Shown piece after piece: positions 27,101-33,100 of a stretch of DNA of 35,497 nt (positions are counted from its first letter, which is position 1; each line of letters begins with the position of its first letter). The notes under the pieces were generated by a model, which was given only the letters and a program-made list of their open reading frames with translations, was not told where the DNA came from and searched no databases. The stretch comes from a virus (taxonomy: Duplodnaviria; Caudoviricetes): the IMG/VR virus record IMGVR_UViG_3300008020_000017, positions 1 to 35,497 of that record, one strand, 5' to 3'. Position numbers and translations under genes: made by a program.

Positions 27101-30100
27101 ACATGGTGAAGCGTTCCGAGGCGCCGACGCCACCGGCCAAGCCGCGCGTCACTCCGCCGCCGAAGCCCGCCGACAAACCCGCCGCGCCGGTGCGGCGGGC
27201 CGAAGAGGTGGACGAGTTCAAGCGCAAGGGCAAGACTCTGGTGCGCATCGTCACCTTCGAGTCCGACGACGGAAGGTTCGGCGCGGACCACGATTATGAA
27301 ATTCCGGGCTTTGCCGGCGGCGCTGGCCCGGTCTCCGGTCAAACGACCCGCGAGGCCGCAAAGCTGGCCGCAGCGCGGCGGGTCCGCACCAGCGTCCAGG
27401 ACATCGCGGACGGAAAATCCGGCTCCGCCGCCTCCCCCGCCAATATCGCCGATGCCAGGCGCATCCTTGCGTGGCTGGATCAGGCCGTTCCGGCATCGAA
27501 ACCCGCCGATCCCGCCCCTGCGCCCGCACCGGAGCCGACCCGCGCCCCGATCTCCACCTTTGAAATGGCCAAACTGGCGCGTCCGGTCCCGCTGGAACGC
27601 TACGACGAACTGATCGCGGAGGTTGCCGGCGAACCGGAGGCCCGGTATTCCAAGCTGACCGACACCCGGAAGATCGCTTTCGAGGATGCAATTCGCGCCG
27701 AGCTGGCAAAACCGGCCGTCGCGCCGGAACCGGAGCCGGTCAAGCCTGCCGACACATCTTTCGATGCCTTCGAGTTCACCCGCGAGCTGACCCTTGCAGC
27801 CGGAAAGACCACCTACCAGGGCACCACCTACCTCATCGAAGGCGGCTCTCAGGCCCGAGGGTTTTTCGTGTCGGTCTCTCGCCCCGGCGAACAGACGCGC
27901 GTGCTGATTGCGGGCAACAGAACGCGGTGGCGCCGCGAAGACGCCATAGAAAACGCCCTGCGGGACGCTTTTCCCGACACCCGGCCCGATGGCGGCCCCG
28001 ATGCCGGGGCGAATGTTGACACGGCGGCCGCCGAGGCTGACCCCGATCCGACCCCGGGACAGGCCGAGGCGGGCAATTACAAGCACGGCCACGTCACCGT
28101 TCAGGGCATGGACATCGCCATCGAGACGGCGAAAGACGCAATGCGCAAGGGCACCGATGCCGACGGCAAGGAATGGTCGACCAGGATGCCCGCCCACTAT
28201 GGCCGGTTCAAGGGCACCGTGGGCGCCGACGGCGATCAGGTGGACGTCTACATCGGCGGAGAGCCGGAGTCCGATTTCGCCATGGTCGTGGACCAGATCG
28301 ACCTCAAGACCGGCAAGTTCGATGAACACAAGGTCATCATCGGCGCGAAGGACAAGGCCGAGGCCATCCGCGTCTACAAGAAGAGCTTTTCGGACGGCAA
28401 GGGCGGCGCCCGCATCGGCGGTACTACCGAAATGACCATCGCCAAGCTCAAGGAACTGCTGGTCCTGCCGATGGACAAGCCGCTTGTCCAAGCGCCTATC
28501 GACCAGGACGGCGGCAAACCGGGTGACAAGCCGGGAGCCAGGATCGACGACTTCGGCGCCAGGATCGGCCGCACCCGAAAGGAAGCGGCCAGGAAGCTCG
28601 CGGCGTCGCTCGCCACCGAGATCGACCCGAACGGGATGACCCTCTCCGAAGCCTTCCCGATCCCTGACTACGTCGCTCTGGCTGCGGATGGTGTCTCGAC
28701 GGAGGCCATGACCCTCATCGCCATGATCCGCGCCGCGGTCCCGCGCAAGGCCGGTGCCCGGCGCTGGGGATGGAACGACAAGGTGCAGGACGCCCGCAGC
28801 TTGGTGCGTGACGTTCTGGACGGCGGCATGAGCCGCAATGATTACCTCGCCGACCTGTCGACATACCGGGGCTCCGACACGATCCGCCTGGGCAACAACC
28901 CCGGCGACAATTTCCGCGTCCTGATGCAGATGGAGCCGGGCGACCTTCACACCGCGTCCAGTGAGTTCGAGGTCGCGTCGATCACCACCCTCAAGACGGA
29001 CCTCGGCGAAGTCCTGTTCGACGGCGAGTCCAAGTGGCGTGAACGCTTTACCATCCAGAAAGCCGGGAAGTACCGTGGCCGATCCGGCCTGACCACCACC
29101 AACAGCGCCGACACCGCCACCGAAGAGGCCGACGTCGCCACCCTGGCCGCCGAAATGAAGCGCATGGTCAACGCCCTGCGGGAGTACCGCAGCGGGCGCA
29201 AGAGCGGCGACGGCGAGATAAAGTTCCAACTGCGCACATGGAAGGGCGGTGGCGCGGCGATCTTCGTTGTGAAACCGCGCATCCTGCAACTGACGCCCAG
29301 GTTCCCGACGTCGACAACGGCCCGGGCTTATCTGGAAGAGAACCGCGAAGAGCTGGAAGACAAGGCCCGCCTTCTGCGATCCGGCCCGAAGGAACGCCGC
29401 GAGTCCAACAGCCCCCGCAAGGGTCCGTCGTGGCGCACCGGCAATGCCACAGAGGCCATGTTCATCGACGGCCTGGGGTTCCGGGGCGTGACGTTCGGCA
29501 AATCGCTCACCCAGAAAGAGCGTCAGGCCCGGATGAACGACACCTATGACGCCATGATGGACCTTGCGGGCATCCTCGGTGTGCCGGTGAAGACCCTCTC
29601 GCTCAACGGCGCGCTCGGGATCGGCTTCGGCACCCACGGCACCGGCGGCAAGGGCCATTGGGCCGCCGTCTACATGCAATCGTCGGACAGCACACAGGAT
29701 CAGGTCATCGCCCTGACCCGCGCCGGTGGCGCCGGCACTCTCGCACATGAGTGGTGGCATGCCGTCGACAACTTCCTTGCCCGCAAGGACGCCGCGGCTG
29801 GCGGCGCCCCCGCCACGATTTCCGGCGACAAGGCGTCCCGGCGCACCGAGTTCATGAGCGATCGCTTGCAGGGCGCGTCCAGGCTCGCGCCCGAAACCGC
29901 CAAGGCGTTCGAGAGCCTGCGCACCGCGCTCGAAAAGAGCGACTGGAAGAAGCGGATGGATCGCTTTGACCACTTCAAGGGCAAACCCTATTACGGCACG
30001 GTCATCGAGCTTGCGGCGCGCGGCTTCGAGCGCATGGTCATCGACCAGCTCGCATATCGCGGCATGTCCAGCGACTTCCTTTCCAACATCAACGAGGTCG

Positions 30101-33100
30101 ACGGTGCGTACCTCACGCCCGTCGAGTTCAGCCGCACCGGCATCGGCGCCGCCTACGAAGCCGCGCTGGCCGCCATTTCCGCCGAGCTGAACGTCAAGGG
30201 CGAGACCGGGCCGGTCCTGCCCGACATCATTGCGGACCGTGTCCCGGGCGAACCCGCCGTGGGCGACACATGGGACAGCCCCGCAGGGCAGCGGGAAATC
30301 ATCGGCTATCTTCACGACATCAAGCCCCACCTCCAACAGTTCACCGTCACCGACCCCGCGACGGGTCGCACGGTCGACATGAACCCCGTCGAGCTTTTCC
30401 AGGCGCAGATCGCAGACGCCTACGGCATGACGCCCCTCGGGCAGTTGGAGCAGGCTGAGAAGGTCGCGGCTGTGGAAGCCGGCGAGACCGCGAAGAAGGC
30501 GCAGGAAGTGCGCGATGCGGCGCTTGCAGAGAAGCGCGCCGGTCATCAGGCCCAGAAGGCGCGCGCCATTGCCGCGATTGACGACTGGATCAACAAGACA
30601 GGCAAGAACCCCGGCGTGGTCAAGGATCGCCTCGGCAAGGAGTTCAGCAAAACCGAGGTTGGCAGGTTCACGGTCGGGCAGTTCATCGTGGTGTTGGTCG
30701 AGCGGGGCGATGTCGTCCGGACCGGCACGGTCGACGGCAAGAAATCCATGGGCGGGTTCAGCGAGGGTCAGCTCACCAAGCTGGGCCTTGAGTTCGCCAC
30801 CTTCTACGAGGCCCGCTGGAAGGCCGCAGAAGCCCAGGCCGAGGCCACGAAAGCGGCGTCGGACAAGGCCCGCGACGAGTTCGGCTTCCGCGCCGACAAC
30901 CCGGGTGGCGACTGGCTGATCGAAAAGCTGCTGTCCGCTGACACCTATATGAAAGACCCATCTTTTGCAGACACCGCCACCGGCAACGGCCTGAGCGGCG
31001 CGACCACGGGCTTTTTCAGCAAGACCCTGTTCCTTCCGTCATCCATCCTTGCGACCCTGCCGGGCGCCAATGGCGAGAGCCCCGCGCCGGGCCAGCCGAA
31101 GTTTGACGGACTCATGGCCGATGTCGAGCGCGACGGAGCGTTCAAGGCTGACCAGAGCGGCAACGCCGTGGTTATCGGCGTGAACCACACGGGCGCGGCG
31201 TTCGTTCTGGAGGGCAACAACCGGATCGCCGTCGCGCGCAAGCTGGGCGTGAAGACCCTGCGGGCAGAGGTGCGGTACTGGAACGGGGGCGAGGCCAACA
31301 CGGGGCCGATGACCCCCGCCAAGGTCGCGGCCATGGCGAGCCTCGAAAGCCCGGGCGACATGCCCGTCGCGCCAGCCGAACCGAATGCCCCCGACGGCGG
31401 CATGAAGCCGATGAGCGCCGAGGACGGCGAGAAGCTGTTCCTCGACATGCTGGATCAGGACGAGGCGGGCGCCACCCCTGTCGACACCCCCGGCCCGGTC
31501 GCGGGAGAGCCACGCCAGATCACCGACGCCTTCCTCGCGGAGTTCCGCACGGGCCGTTCGTTCCGCACCATCGGCCAGGCCCGCAAGCTCGCGGGCGAGA
31601 CGCTGGGCCGCGGCATCGGCGAGGGCGAATACTTCATGGTCGAAGAGGCCGTGGAGCTTGCCGTCGTGCTGCGCGCCCGCGAAATCGTCGCCGAGGATCG
31701 CGCCCGCGACGGAGGGCCGGACCCGGTCGCCGTCTATGCCGAGTTGATGGAGCTTTACAACGCACAGCCGATCCTTGGGGAGCGGACCCCCGACAAGCTG
31801 CGGTTCCAGGCATTCTCGACCCCGGCGCCGCTGGCCTATCTGGTGTCGCGCCTCGCGGGCATCGGCCCCGGCACCCGCGTCCTTGAGCCGACCGCGGGCA
31901 ACGGCATGCTGGCCCTTGATGCGACCCCGGCCAACGTGCAGGCCAATGAGCTGCAAGATAGCCGCACCGCCCAGATCGCCACCTCCCTGCCGGGCGCACA
32001 GCAGACGCAGATGGATGCCCTGGACCTGAGCCCGGAACCCTTCGACGTCCTCATCACCAACCCGCCCTTCGGCAAGCTCACCGATCAGGCGACACAGAAG
32101 CGTAAGACCTGGGACATGGGCGTGACATCCACCAAGGAAATCGACCATGCAATCGCATGGAAGATGCTCGGGCACATGCCGGATGACGGGCGCGCGGTCC
32201 TGATCCTTGGTGGCATCAAGAAGCAACTGATCGGGGATGCGCGCAAGAAGGCGTATCAGGAGCGCGCGAAGACCACATTCTTCAAGCAGCTCTACGACAC
32301 CTACAATGTCGTCGACCATTTCACGGTCGCGGGCGACCTCTATTCCCGGCAGGGCGCGGCGTGGCCGGTGGACGTTATCGTCATCGACGGTCGCAGTCGG
32401 TCATCTCGGGAATATCCGATGAAGACCCCACCGGATGTGCTATCGTCGTGGGTAGATTTGGGAAGGAAACTTGACGATGCGCCTGATGTGGACACCACCG
32501 AGCGTGGACCCTCTGTTGGGGACGGTCTTCTCAACGGAACGGACCTTGATGTCCGAGGCGCAGTACCTGGGGCGGCTGGAAGCCCGGCTGGAACGAATGG
32601 TGGAGAAGGCGACGCGGGCGGAAGTCCGGGAGCTGGAAGAAAAGCTGTGGGGCGAGGGCCTGATGGCGATGGACGTGTCTCCGTCACGGGCGGCCGAAAT
32701 GCTGGTTCAGGAGTGCGAGGCTCTGACGCTGGCGCTGGCGTCGCTGGACAAGGTGGCGTGGCCGGTGCCGGAGAAGGCTTGGATAAAGACGGACCCGGAA
32801 ATGGCGGAGGTGAGTCTGGAGGACTTCGTGATGCACCTGTAAGCCCGCCGCCGACACCCGGCGACAAGGCTGCCGACGGCATGGGCGACATCCTCAAGGG
32901 GATTCGCGCCGCGCTGAACTCCATCGATCCCAACAAGCTGAACTCCGGCCCGGCGTTCCTCGAAGACGTCTACAAGGCGCTGAAACCCCACTTCATCGCT
33001 GGCATCCGCAAGTTCGCCGACGCGGCCATTGACATCGTCGGCATGGTCAAGGCCATGATCGCGGGGCTCAAAGCTGCCGGGATGACGGCGGATGAACAGC

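Noticed and set aside
26551-30546. 1331-aa minus-strand ORF, and similar ones at 24643-26526, 31039-32319, 32707-33909, 34117-35448 and 21897-24017
   Set aside because: Antisense shadows of high-GC genes, with no motifs and typical shadow composition.
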